64,000 bases of DNA, from contig JANLFK010000007.1 of NCBI GenBank assembly GCA_024655945.1, positions 133,123 to 197,122 of the forward strand, written 5' to 3'. The stretch's first letter is position 1. Each line of letters starts with the position of its first letter. Below are positions 34,740-43,534 of the stretch, piece after piece. The position numbers and the translations under genes were made by a program. The notes beneath the pieces are model-generated. The model did no database searches. It was not told where the DNA came from and saw only the letters and a list, made by a program, of their open reading frames with translations. This DNA comes from Candidatus Zhuqueibacterota bacterium (GTDB taxonomy: Bacteria > Zhuqueibacterota > Zhuqueibacteria > JANLFK01 > Oleimicrobiaceae).

Positions 34740-36146
34740 TCAGAATGGCCCCCATCCGAGCAGCACCGGAGGAATGACCAGCAGCAGCCCGAGCACAAAC
34801 AGCGCCACTTCGATGGGCAAAAGCCAGCGTGCCCACTGCTCCCAGGGGATCTTTGCCATGCCCAATACCGCCATCGTCACCCCGGAGGTGGGGATGATCA
34901 TGTTGGTGTAGCCGTCCCCCAGTTGATAGGCCAGCACTGCCGTCTGCCGGGTGATGCCGATGAGGTCGGCAAGCGGCGCCATGATGGGCATGGTGAGGGC
35001 CGCCTTCCCGCTTCCTGAGGGAACGAAGAAGTTCAGCACGGTCTGGGCCACGTACATGAGCTGTGCGGCAAGGACCGGATGCAGGCGCGAGATGGCGCTG
35101 GACAGGGCGTACATGATGGTGTCCACAATCTGGCCGTCAGTGGCTAGCACAAGGATGGCGCGAGCGAAGCCGACCACCAGCGCCGCGCCTACCAGGTCGC
35201 GAGCGCCGGCGACGAAACTCTCGGCAATGCTGTTCACGGACAGACGGGCAGCAAGGCCCGTGGCGATCCCCAGACCCAAGAAGACCGCCGCAATTTCCGG
35301 GATGAACCACTGGAACTTCATGACGCCGACGATCATGACGAGCAACGCCAGGATGAAGAGCGCCACCACGAGCCGGTGGCGGCCACTCGGGCGCGGGGCC
35401 ACGGCATCGCTATCGCCGGCCACTCTCGCCCGCGTCTGGTCTATGGCGTACACCGGGCTGGTTTCCGGACGCTTCTTCACTTTGGCGGCATAAAGCATCA
35501 CTAGCCCGGTGCCGAGCGCCGTGGACACTATCCAGACAATGAGGCGATAGCCCATCCCCGAGAACAGAGGCAAGCCGGAAATCCCCTGGGCGATGCCGAT
35601 GGTAAAGGGATTGAGCATGGCGCCGGCAAAGCCGAGACCGGCGCCCAAGAAGGGGATGCACACGCCGACGATGCTATCGTAGCCCAAGGCCATGGCTAAG
35701 GGGATGAAAATGGGGATGAAGGGGATTACCTCCTCGCTCATGCCAAAGAGCGCGCCAAAGACCGAGAAAAGAAGCATCCCTGTGGGGATGACGATCATGC
35801 CGCGGTGACGGAGGCGTGTGGCCACGCGCGCGATCGCCGCGTCAATGACCTGCGTTTTTTGGATGATGGCAAAGACGCCCCCGATGATGAGGATAAAGCC
35901 GATAATGTCGGCGGTCTGACGGATGCCGACAAGGGGGGCCTTGAGCGCGGCAAAGAGACCTTGCGGTTTGCGTGCGACGAAGGCGAAGGTCCCCTCTTCC
36001 ACAATCTCTCGGCCATTGGCATCGAGGTGGCGCTGGTAGCGGCCGCCCGGGATCACCCAGGTGAGGGCAGCGACCACCAGCATGATGCCGGAAATCAGCA
36101 CCAGCGTGTGAGGAAGCTTTAACTGGCTCAGTTTCATGGCGTTCAC
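34740..36146 (-). CDS. YfcC-family (DcuC/C4-dicarboxylate-anaerobic-carrier-like) membrane transporter
   Basis: 468 aa, ~12 TM helices. The N-terminus (TLVLISGIMLVVAALTWVIPGGRY) and overall layout are typical of the YfcC/TIGR00366 family. ATGA-coupled to cyanophycinase. Confidence 0.7.
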   Translation of the reverse strand: MNAMKLSQLKLPHTLVLISGIMLVVAALTWVIPGGRYQRHLDANGREIVEEGTFAFVARKPQGLFAALKAPLVGIRQTADIIGFILIIGGVFAIIQKTQVIDAAIARVATRLRHRGMIVIPTGMLLFSVFGALFGMSEEVIPFIPIFIPLAMALGYDSIVGVCIPFLGAGLGFAGAMLNPFTIGIAQGISGLPLFSGMGYRLIVWIVSTALGTGLVMLYAAKVKKRPETSPVYAIDQTRARVAGDSDAVAPRPSGRHRLVVALFILALLVMIVGVMKFQWFIPEIAAVFLGLGIATGLAARLSVNSIAESFVAGARDLVGAALVVGFARAILVLATDGQIVDTIMYALSSAISRLHPVLAAQLMYVAQTVLNFFVPSGSGKAALTMPIMAPLADLIGITRQTAVLAYQLGDGYTNMIIPTSGVTMAVLGMAKIPWEQWARWLLPIEVALFVLGLLLVIPPVLLGWGPF

Positions 36147-36979
36147 CTCACTCGGCCACGGCGGAGGTCGAAGGTCTGCCCGGCCTTGAGCACCGCGAGC
36201 TTGATGCCTTGCATGGTCAGCCGCTTTGATGCAGGTGCCGGCGGCACAGAGGCATGGCGGGGGTCGTAGACCAGCACCGACCCCTCGCCGTAGACGCGAA
36301 AGCTGTCGTCCGGGGAGTAGAGAACCGCGGTGTCTTCATCGATGCCCAGGCCGATGAGGCGCTTTTCCATCACCAGGCTGAGCAGGCGGTTGTTGCGCTG
36401 GCGGGCCACGAAATGCTGATCCACGATGCAGTTGCTGAGAAAGCCCAGGCCACGCGCGGTGACGATGTTGCCCTTTTCGATCTTGCTGAGGTCGCCGTCG
36501 CCGGTGATCATCACCTCGCTCAGTACCGCTGCGCCCGCGCTGGTGCCGCCGATGAGGCCGCCTCGCTCAAAGTACAGGGAGCGCAGAGCCTCCTCGGCAC
36601 GCGTGCCGCCGATGCGCTCCATGAGCCGGGTCTGCACGCCCCCGGTGAAAAAGACGCCGCGCGCAGCAACGATGCGGGCCACGGTAGAGTCGGCGTTGGC
36701 GGTGTCGGGCCCGGCGATGTGCAACCAGCTCACCTGCTGGCCACCCGCTTCCTGAAACTGGCGGACCACAGCGGGGCCCGCTTCTTCCGGAGAGGCGCTG
36801 GCGCTGGTGATGACCAGGATGGGACCACCCTGGCACAGACGAACGAATTCCTCCACCGCCGGCCGTGGCCTGGCTCCTCCCCCGACAATGAGCAGGTAAC
36901 CGCGACGGGTGCCTTTCCCGCCACAGGCTTGAGCAGCCAGGAGCGAAAGCGTAATGGTGGCGAGTAAGAGCTTTCTCAT
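36143..36979 (-). CDS. secreted cyanophycinase (peptidase S51)
   Basis: Signal peptide with Cys (LLAAQAC). GGG...FTGG, GTSAGAAV (Ser nucleophile) and DQHF motifs characteristic of CphB/CphE. Confidence 0.8.
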   Translation of the reverse strand: MRKLLLATITLSLLAAQACGGKGTRRGYLLIVGGGARPRPAVEEFVRLCQGGPILVITSASASPEEAGPAVVRQFQEAGGQQVSWLHIAGPDTANADSTVARIVAARGVFFTGGVQTRLMERIGGTRAEEALRSLYFERGGLIGGTSAGAAVLSEVMITGDGDLSKIEKGNIVTARGLGFLSNCIVDQHFVARQRNNRLLSLVMEKRLIGLGIDEDTAVLYSPDDSFRVYGEGSVLVYDPRHASVPPAPASKRLTMQGIKLAVLKAGQTFDLRRGRVR

Positions 36980-37206
36980 CTTGTTCTCCTTCCTTGCTTG
37001 CGTCGAGCCGTGAAACCGTCGCGGGCAAGATATGAAATTTCTGCGGCAAAGTCAACACAACTTTTGCCGCCCTGATTCTGGCGGCGGCGCATTTTTGTCT
37101 TGCATCTCTGCTACGATTTGGCTATAATAGTTCAGCAAGTCGACAGATCGGGGACCCGAACAGTGGGTGGACAGGACAGGGGCGCGGGGCAAGAGCAAGA
37201 TGCGAG

Positions 37207-38625
37207 GTGCACGCAATGAACACGCCCAACAGATTTGCCCTTGTTGCGTTGGCGATCTTTGCACTGAGCGCCTGCGCCAGGCGCACAGAAAGAGCCGTTG
37301 AGGAGGTCGTCCCCCCTTCCTTTGCGGAATTGGCAGATGCTAAGATGAGCTCCAACCCGGTCATCGCCAAGATGTTGGCCCAAATCTCGCCTGACACGCT
37401 CGAGTCCTTGGTCGCCACTTTGGCCTCGTTCGAGACCAGGCATACCCTTTCGGACACGACCTCCGACCACCGTGGGATTGGGGCAGCGCGGCGCTGGCTG
37501 GAGCGCAGATTCCGCTCCTACCGCGCCGCCTGCGGCGGCCGGCTGCAGGTGGAGTGCGACCGCTGGCATCAGCAGATACCCGGCATGGGCATGGGAACTT
37601 TGGTGAATGTGCTGGCCATCCTTCCCGCGCCCGACCCCCAGCTGCAGTCGCGCGTGGTCCTGCTCTGCGCCCACTATGATTCCAGGTCTGGGGAAGCAAA
37701 GGATGCGATGGCCTCTGCTCCGGGCGCAAATGACGACGGCAGCGGCGTGGCAGCGCTGCTGGAGCTGGCGCGCGTGCTGTGCCTGTACAGGTTCGAAGCC
37801 ACCCTCGTGTTTGCTGCCGTGGCCGGTGAGGAACAGGGACTCCTGGGCAGTGCGCGTTTGGCGGAGCAAGTGCAGCAGCGGGGATGGGAGCCGATGGCGG
37901 TGCTCTCTATGGACATGATCGGCAACGTCGTGGGCGGCAACGGCCTGGTGGACAGCTCGCGCGTGCGCTGCTTCTCCGAAGGGGTCAGCTACACCGAGAG
38001 CGAAGAAGAGGCACGGAGAAGGTGGCGCATGGGCGGCGAAAGCGACTCGCCCTCCCGCCAGCTATCCCGCTATGCAAAGGCGCAGGCGGAGACCTATCTT
38101 CCTGACCTCGCGGTGTCTCTGGTCTTCAGACCCGACCGTCCGGGACGGGGAGGCGATCACCTCTCTTTCAACCGCGCAGGTTTTGCTGCGGTGCGCTTCA
38201 CCGAAGCCAACGAGCACTTTGGCCACCAGCATCAATTGGTGCGTATTGAAGGTGGCGTGCAATACGGCGATCTGCCGGAGTTCCTCTCCTATAGCTACTT
38301 GGCCCGCGTGACCAAAGCCGTGGGTGCGGTGGCCGCCGGCTTGGCGTTGTCGCCCAGGCCACCGCAACAGGTGAAGCTCGACCGCGGCCAGGGCTATGAT
38401 GCCCGCCTGAGCTGGAACGACCCGGCCCCCATGAACGACCTGGCCGGCTACAAGGTCTACATCCGGCAGACCACCTCCCCAGTCTGGCAGAAGGAACTGT
38501 TTGTGCGCAACGCCACCGTGGCCGCCATCAAAGGGTTGTGCATCGACGATTATTTCTTTGCCGTCGCTGCCGTGGACCGTGACGGCAACGAAAGCCTGCC
38601 TTGCTTTGCCACCCTGGGCCAATGA
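37207..38625 (+). CDS. M28-family aminopeptidase lipoprotein with a C-terminal fibronectin type-III domain
   Basis: Lipobox ALSAC. Zn ligands H...D...E(E)...D...H (HYDS, NDDGSG, EEQGLLGS, DMIG, HxxxD). The FN3-like tail (PPQQVKLDRGQGYDARLSWNDPA...YKVYIRQ) is indicated by motif only. Confidence 0.8.
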   Translation: MHAMNTPNRFALVALAIFALSACARRTERAVEEVVPPSFAELADAKMSSNPVIAKMLAQISPDTLESLVATLASFETRHTLSDTTSDHRGIGAARRWLERRFRSYRAACGGRLQVECDRWHQQIPGMGMGTLVNVLAILPAPDPQLQSRVVLLCAHYDSRSGEAKDAMASAPGANDDGSGVAALLELARVLCLYRFEATLVFAAVAGEEQGLLGSARLAEQVQQRGWEPMAVLSMDMIGNVVGGNGLVDSSRVRCFSEGVSYTESEEEARRRWRMGGESDSPSRQLSRYAKAQAETYLPDLAVSLVFRPDRPGRGGDHLSFNRAGFAAVRFTEANEHFGHQHQLVRIEGGVQYGDLPEFLSYSYLARVTKAVGAVAAGLALSPRPPQQVKLDRGQGYDARLSWNDPAPMNDLAGYKVYIRQTTSPVWQKELFVRNATVAAIKGLCIDDYFFAVAAVDRDGNESLPCFATLGQ

Positions 38626-39703
38626 GGAAGGGCTGTGCGGGCACCGTGCGAGTTGCCAGGGGCAGGCTGCGCGCAAGCGGGTTGATGGTCTCCGCGGGTC
38701 GATCGCCCAGGCGCCGCCCGTCTTCCTTGCCGTGCATAGCCTTTCCGCGAACTATCCGCGGGGGCTTGCCTACTTTCCTGGGGCGACGTTGCTGCTTGTG
38801 GGACTACTCGCCGCGCGGCCTGCACTGTACCGTGTACCCAATGACCCGCGGCTCTGCTTCCCCGGCTCCCCATCGCCCTGGAGGCCCTCAAGGGGCTTAG
38901 CTGTGGGAGGCAAGGGCCTCATGGCTATCCTGCCCAGCAATCGATGGTGAAGACAACCTGTCCCGCACCAGGCCGAAGGAGCAGAGTGCCTGCCTCTTCT
39001 GTGCCTTGAGTGGCCAACGGGCGCTGCGCTGGAAGACCGACGAGTCCCTGTACGTGGCCGGGAACATGGCTTTGAGGCCGGACGAAAGCATCCGTGCGGT
39101 CGGGAAGGGCAATCTCCTCCTGTGCTTTGATCGCCAGGGTCAACTCAAGTGGGGGTAGCTTTGGTTGCCGGACTGAGCTGGGCAGCAGGGGGCTGCTGCT
39201 GGACTCTGAGGGTGCGGCGTACCTGCTTACCGTTGTCGCTTGGCACCGGCCTTGGACAAGTTCGGGCGGCAGGCATTCGCGTGTGAGTTGCCTCAGCGCG
39301 ACGGGTCTGGCGAGCGGAGCGATTTCTGCAGACGGGCGGCTCGACCCTCTTGGTGAGTGGGGACTCTTCAGCATCCAGTAGGAGGGGAATGGCGCTGCGT
39401 AGTCGCCAAAGCCCAGGTGCGGAGCCTTGTTGCCGCCGACAGGGCAGTGAGCGCGCTCGGGCGCGGGCTTCCTCGGAGCTAACCGGTTCACAGGTTCCCG
39501 TGGCTGAGGAACGGGAAGGCGAAGCGGCATGGCAGAAGTTGCGGGGCAGAGTTCTTGCCCAGGCTCCAGGTGCGTACTCCTCGAGTTTTGCCTTCTTGCT
39601 CTGCCCGAAAAAGACCTTGCTTCTTTGCCTTCCCGGTTGTATATTTTTAGCGCCAGCTGAAAACCCCGACGCGGCCCGTTTTCTCTCGCTACTGGCTAAC
39701 TAT

Positions 39704-40062
39704 GGGGACGACATGGTTTCGACGGGAGTCGCGGGGTTAGAGACTGCATGCCGAGGTTCCAGCACCTCGTAAAACCGCTGGAAGCTAAATGTAAACGCAG
39801 ACAATGCGTATGCTCTGGCTGCCTAATTAGTGCAGCCACGTCCCTTGCGGGCTTAGCCCACTGGGCCCGTGCCGGGGCGTCGCTGACAGTGGGATAGCTG
39901 AGGACGATGCTCAGGCGTCCTTGGCGAATCTTCCCTGAGCTGGCCCGCTCCGGGCTTGGCCGGTTGCGCCTGGAGCAGGCGAGAGCAAGCAACGGGCTAA
40001 GCATGTAGAGGTCTCTAAGACCGGGCTTTCGGACGTGGGTTCGATTCCCACCGTCTCCACCA
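39704..40062 (+). ncRNA. ssrA: tmRNA (ssrA)
   Basis: 5' GGGGACGACATGGTTTCGACGGG pairs with 3' CGTCTCCACCA. T-arm GGGTTCGATTCCC. The tag reading frame 39797-39826 encodes ADNAYALAA*. Confidence 0.85.
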
Positions 40063-40144
40063 GATGTTGTGAAGGCCGTGAGCACCTCTTGCTCCGGTCT
40101 TTTCAGTCCACACGGCAAGCCGACGACTAACGCGCTTCGAGTCC

Positions 40145-41233
40145 ATGACCGAACGACCTGCCCTCAGCACTGTTTACTTTGCCCCACTCCGCAGGCAGGA
40201 CCCGCCGGCAGTTGTCGAGGGCACCCTGCACCGCCTTTGTCACAAGGCCGGCATGCGCCAGGTGGTGGCGCCCAAAGACTATGTAGCGGTCAAGCTCCAC
40301 TTTGGCGAAGAGGGAAATGGCACCCACCTGCCGCCCTCTCTGGTGCCACCCATAGTCTCGTTCATCAAGGAGTGTGGGGGACGGCCGTTTCTGACGGACA
40401 CCTGTGTGCTGTACCGAAGCCCCAGGAACAACGCCATCACGCATCTGGAGCTGGCGCACGCGCATGGCTTCACCTTGGAGGCAACGGGGGCGCCCGTGGT
40501 GATGGCGGACGGGGTATTCGGGGACAACGAAGTCGCCGTCCCTATCCCTGGTAAGCTGTTTGCAGAAGTTTCCTTGGCCCGTGAGGCCATGCGCGCCAAT
40601 GCGCTGGTGGTGGTCAGCCATGTGACTGGGCATGTGGCGGCCGGCCTTGGCGCAACCATCAAGAACTTGGGTATGGGGATGGCCAGCAGACGCGGCAAGC
40701 TGCGCCAGCACTCGGCCATGAAACCGCAGGTCAAGCCCGAAGCCTGTACCGGCTGCGGTGAGTGCGTGCGCTGGTGCCCGGAGCAAACCATCGAAATGGG
40801 CGACGGGGTGGCCTTCATCGCCAGCCAGGGGTGCATCGGCTGCGGCGAATGCCTCACTACCTGCCGCTTCGATGCCATCCGCTACGACTGGAAGGTTGCG
40901 GGCGATGACCTGCAGCGCAAGATCGCTGAGCATGCCCTCGGCGCCGTCATCCAGCGGCGGGACAAGGTGCTGTGCTTCAACTTTATCGTTTCTGTGACCA
41001 AAGACTGCGACTGCCTGGCTGTGGCGCAGTCGCCGCTGTTTGCGGACATTGGCGTGCTGGCCAGCCGCGATCCGGTGGCCATTGACAAGGCTGCGCTGGA
41101 CCTCATTGCCCAACGGGTGGGCAGGCCATTGCACCAGATGGCTTATCCCAAGGTGGACGGGATGGTGCAGCTGGCCCACGCCGAGGCTATTGGCTTAGGC
41201 ACTACTGCATACCAGCTGATTGAAGTGCGTTGA
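40145..41233 (+). CDS. DUF362 domain protein with 2x[4Fe-4S] ferredoxin-type domain
   Basis: 362 aa. DUF362 N-terminal region plus CTGCGECVRWCP and CIGCGECLTTC cluster motifs. Confidence 0.8.
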   Translation: MTERPALSTVYFAPLRRQDPPAVVEGTLHRLCHKAGMRQVVAPKDYVAVKLHFGEEGNGTHLPPSLVPPIVSFIKECGGRPFLTDTCVLYRSPRNNAITHLELAHAHGFTLEATGAPVVMADGVFGDNEVAVPIPGKLFAEVSLAREAMRANALVVVSHVTGHVAAGLGATIKNLGMGMASRRGKLRQHSAMKPQVKPEACTGCGECVRWCPEQTIEMGDGVAFIASQGCIGCGECLTTCRFDAIRYDWKVAGDDLQRKIAEHALGAVIQRRDKVLCFNFIVSVTKDCDCLAVAQSPLFADIGVLASRDPVAIDKAALDLIAQRVGRPLHQMAYPKVDGMVQLAHAEAIGLGTTAYQLIEVR

Positions 41234-41407
41234 GGCGTGGAGAAAGCTCTGTTTCGTGACGGAACGCACACGACAAATTGGCACGCTTTACTACCTTTTA
41301 CTTAGCGGTGAACCAGGCGCCCGGGAGGAGCCACGAGCGAGCAGACCGGAAGCAAGGACGAGAGAACTTGGGCACTGTTTTGCCACATCGGTGCCCTGGC
41401 CGGCTTT

Positions 41408-41686
41408 GTGTTCCTCTTTGGCCACATCATCGCGCCGCTGGTGATTTGGCTGATCAAGAAGGAAGAGCTGCCCTTGGTGGACGACCAGGGCAAAGAGTCG
41501 CTTAACTTCCAAATTAGCTTGACCATCTACCTCGTGGCTGCAGGGTTGCTGAGCTTCGTGCTCATCGGCATCTCCCTCCTCATAGCGCTGGGCATTTTCG
41601 GCCTGGTGGAGGTCATCATCGCGGCCGTGCGGGCCAATGAAGGAGAGCGCTTCCGCTACCCGCTGAACCTGCGCCTCATCAAGTAG
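41408..41686 (+). CDS. DUF4870-family small membrane protein (N-terminus probably longer than the ORF call)
   Basis: HIIAPLVIWLIKKEELPLVDDQGKESLNFQI...ANEGERFRYPL matches DUF4870. The same frame upstream encodes the conserved first helix (ERTWALFCHIGALAGFVFLF) back to a stop at 41309, but without an ATG/GTG/TTG. Confidence 0.55.
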   Translation: MFLFGHIIAPLVIWLIKKEELPLVDDQGKESLNFQISLTIYLVAAGLLSFVLIGISLLIALGIFGLVEVIIAAVRANEGERFRYPLNLRLIK

Positions 41687-41805
41687 TGCGCGGCAGGCAG
41701 AGGCCGTGGCAGAAGGCGAAGGTCTTGCCGACGGTTCGCCTCGTTGCCCCGGCCAACGGGTACCGTGCGAACGCCGGCGGCCGCTAAATAGCTGGAGGTC
41801 AACAA

Positions 41806-43500
41806 ATGAGATGGCCAAAGTCTGTCGTGGTGGGGGCGTGTGCCCTCTTCGTGGCGGCGGCGATGCCCGCATTTGCCCAGGTGGCCAAGACGCTTGATCG
41901 CCCGTGGCAGCCGGTGGTCGTCGACGCGAACTCTTTTCCTCAGCTCCATGCGACCCCGGTTGCGCACCTGCACCTATTTGCCTACCACAGCCAACAAGCG
42001 GGAGGCGTGTGGGAGCCGATCCCTTTCCAGATCGACGAGAAAGACTCCACGGATTTCTTCACTTTTCCCCATAACCAGCTATTCGACGGCTTTGACCAAC
42101 TGGTGTTCATGGTGCGCGACCTGGGCGACCAGGCACCACCAGAGGCATGGATCGATGACGTGGAGTCCAGAAGCCACCCGCGCTTGGCGATAGAGGTGGC
42201 TGACGCAGCGGATCCCACGCAAAGAGCCTGGGCCTACCTCTACGTGAGCTCGGCCATCACCACGCCCGCGCCGGATCCGTATGGTGCGTCGTGGCACTGG
42301 GTAGGGCCCGACTCCGAGTGGGTGGAGACGAGTAGCTACGCGGTCGGCTTTGCTCCCTCCGGCCTGATTGGCGATGCACGCATCAAACCTGAAGGGGGCG
42401 GCTCCGGCGTGCACCTGGTGGACACGCAGAAGCTGCGCATGGTGGGCTACTTCAGGTACGATGGGCTGGCCTTCAACCTGGGGAAAAGCGGCAACCCTCC
42501 AGGCAATGAGCGGGACTTCTTCCGCAGGGTCCCAGACTCCACCAGGGTGCTTGCCGGAGCGGTGCGCATCGTTGTCCGGGAGTGGGTGGGGCTTGTGCTC
42601 TTGGGGTGGCAGCTTCCCGTCGGGTTTCCGCTCACCACCTACTTCTATCCTCATAGCGTGAGCTTTGGTGGCGCTATCGACAGCGTGAACCTGCCGCCAG
42701 ATGTGGAGATCAGACTGGACCTGGTGCGGCAGTCGTTGGACCTTACACCTCACGCGTCGGGCATGCGCTTCTACAACGCCTACAACCCTGAAGGCGTGCT
42801 TGTGGATGGTGTGCCTGACACGCCGGTCAGCACCGTGGAAGCGCCCGGGCTCAACTGGGCCATGGTCACGGGGGAGCAGGGCACGATTGTCACTGTCACT
42901 AAGGTGCCTCGCCTTGGTTCCCAGCAGGGGCTCTACTACTGGGATAATGCCGCAGGCGGCTCGGCAGACGGTACGCATGAGTATCTTTTGGGTGGCGATA
43001 CCGGCGATGGCGTCTCGTACGGCGACTTTGGCTACGTGTTTACTGGTGAGACCTTTCCCGTAGCGCTCAGCTTTGAGCTCACCTGCTACTTCCTGCCGGC
43101 ATACCAGTCCCCTGCTGTCGCGGGGGCGCTCAAGGAGTGGGTGGAGACCGGCATGGCGGTGAACGTGCAGGCGCAGAGCTACCTGTCGGGCGTAGCCGCT
43201 GGGCAGGCGGACCGTGTCCCGTCGGCGTGGGCGCTCCACCAGAACTACCCGAATCCGTTCAATCCTGTGACAAGGCTGCAGGTGGAGCTGCCGGCGCGCG
43301 CCTCTGCCGAGCTCCAGATCGTCGATGGCACCGGCCACCAGGTGCGTCGCTTCAGGCTGAGCGGTGCGGGCGGGAGCAGGCAAGAGGTGGAATGGGACGG
43401 GCGCGACGAAGGCGGGGCGGAGCTGCCTTCCGGCGTGTACCTGGCAGTGCTGCGCACGGAGGGTGGCACCCTGGTGCGCAAGATGCTGCTGTTGCGCTAA
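41806..43500 (+). CDS. secreted hypothetical protein with T9SS C-terminal sorting domain (paralog A)
   Basis: Signal peptide ending AFAQ. No known catalytic motif. C-terminal QNYPNPFNPVTRLQVELP...VYLAVL...LLLR matches the T9SS C-terminal domain. Shares blocks (PFQIDE, LVF[ML]V[RG]D[LM]GD.AP..AW[IL]DD, AY[LY]Y.SS, GDTGDGVSYGD[FY]G) with the next gene. Confidence 0.7.
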   Translation: MRWPKSVVVGACALFVAAAMPAFAQVAKTLDRPWQPVVVDANSFPQLHATPVAHLHLFAYHSQQAGGVWEPIPFQIDEKDSTDFFTFPHNQLFDGFDQLVFMVRDLGDQAPPEAWIDDVESRSHPRLAIEVADAADPTQRAWAYLYVSSAITTPAPDPYGASWHWVGPDSEWVETSSYAVGFAPSGLIGDARIKPEGGGSGVHLVDTQKLRMVGYFRYDGLAFNLGKSGNPPGNERDFFRRVPDSTRVLAGAVRIVVREWVGLVLLGWQLPVGFPLTTYFYPHSVSFGGAIDSVNLPPDVEIRLDLVRQSLDLTPHASGMRFYNAYNPEGVLVDGVPDTPVSTVEAPGLNWAMVTGEQGTIVTVTKVPRLGSQQGLYYWDNAAGGSADGTHEYLLGGDTGDGVSYGDFGYVFTGETFPVALSFELTCYFLPAYQSPAVAGALKEWVETGMAVNVQAQSYLSGVAAGQADRVPSAWALHQNYPNPFNPVTRLQVELPARASAELQIVDGTGHQVRRFRLSGAGGSRQEVEWDGRDEGGAELPSGVYLAVLRTEGGTLVRKMLLLR

Positions 43501-43534
43501 GCTCGCGGGGTGCGGCGTTTCGAGTGAGGTGCCT

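Noticed and set aside
43364-43534. Upstream start of T9SS paralog B overlapping paralog A by 137 nt.
   Set aside because: The Cys/Arg-rich translation is not credible. The ATG at 43535 with a GAGGTG SD yields a standard signal peptide.
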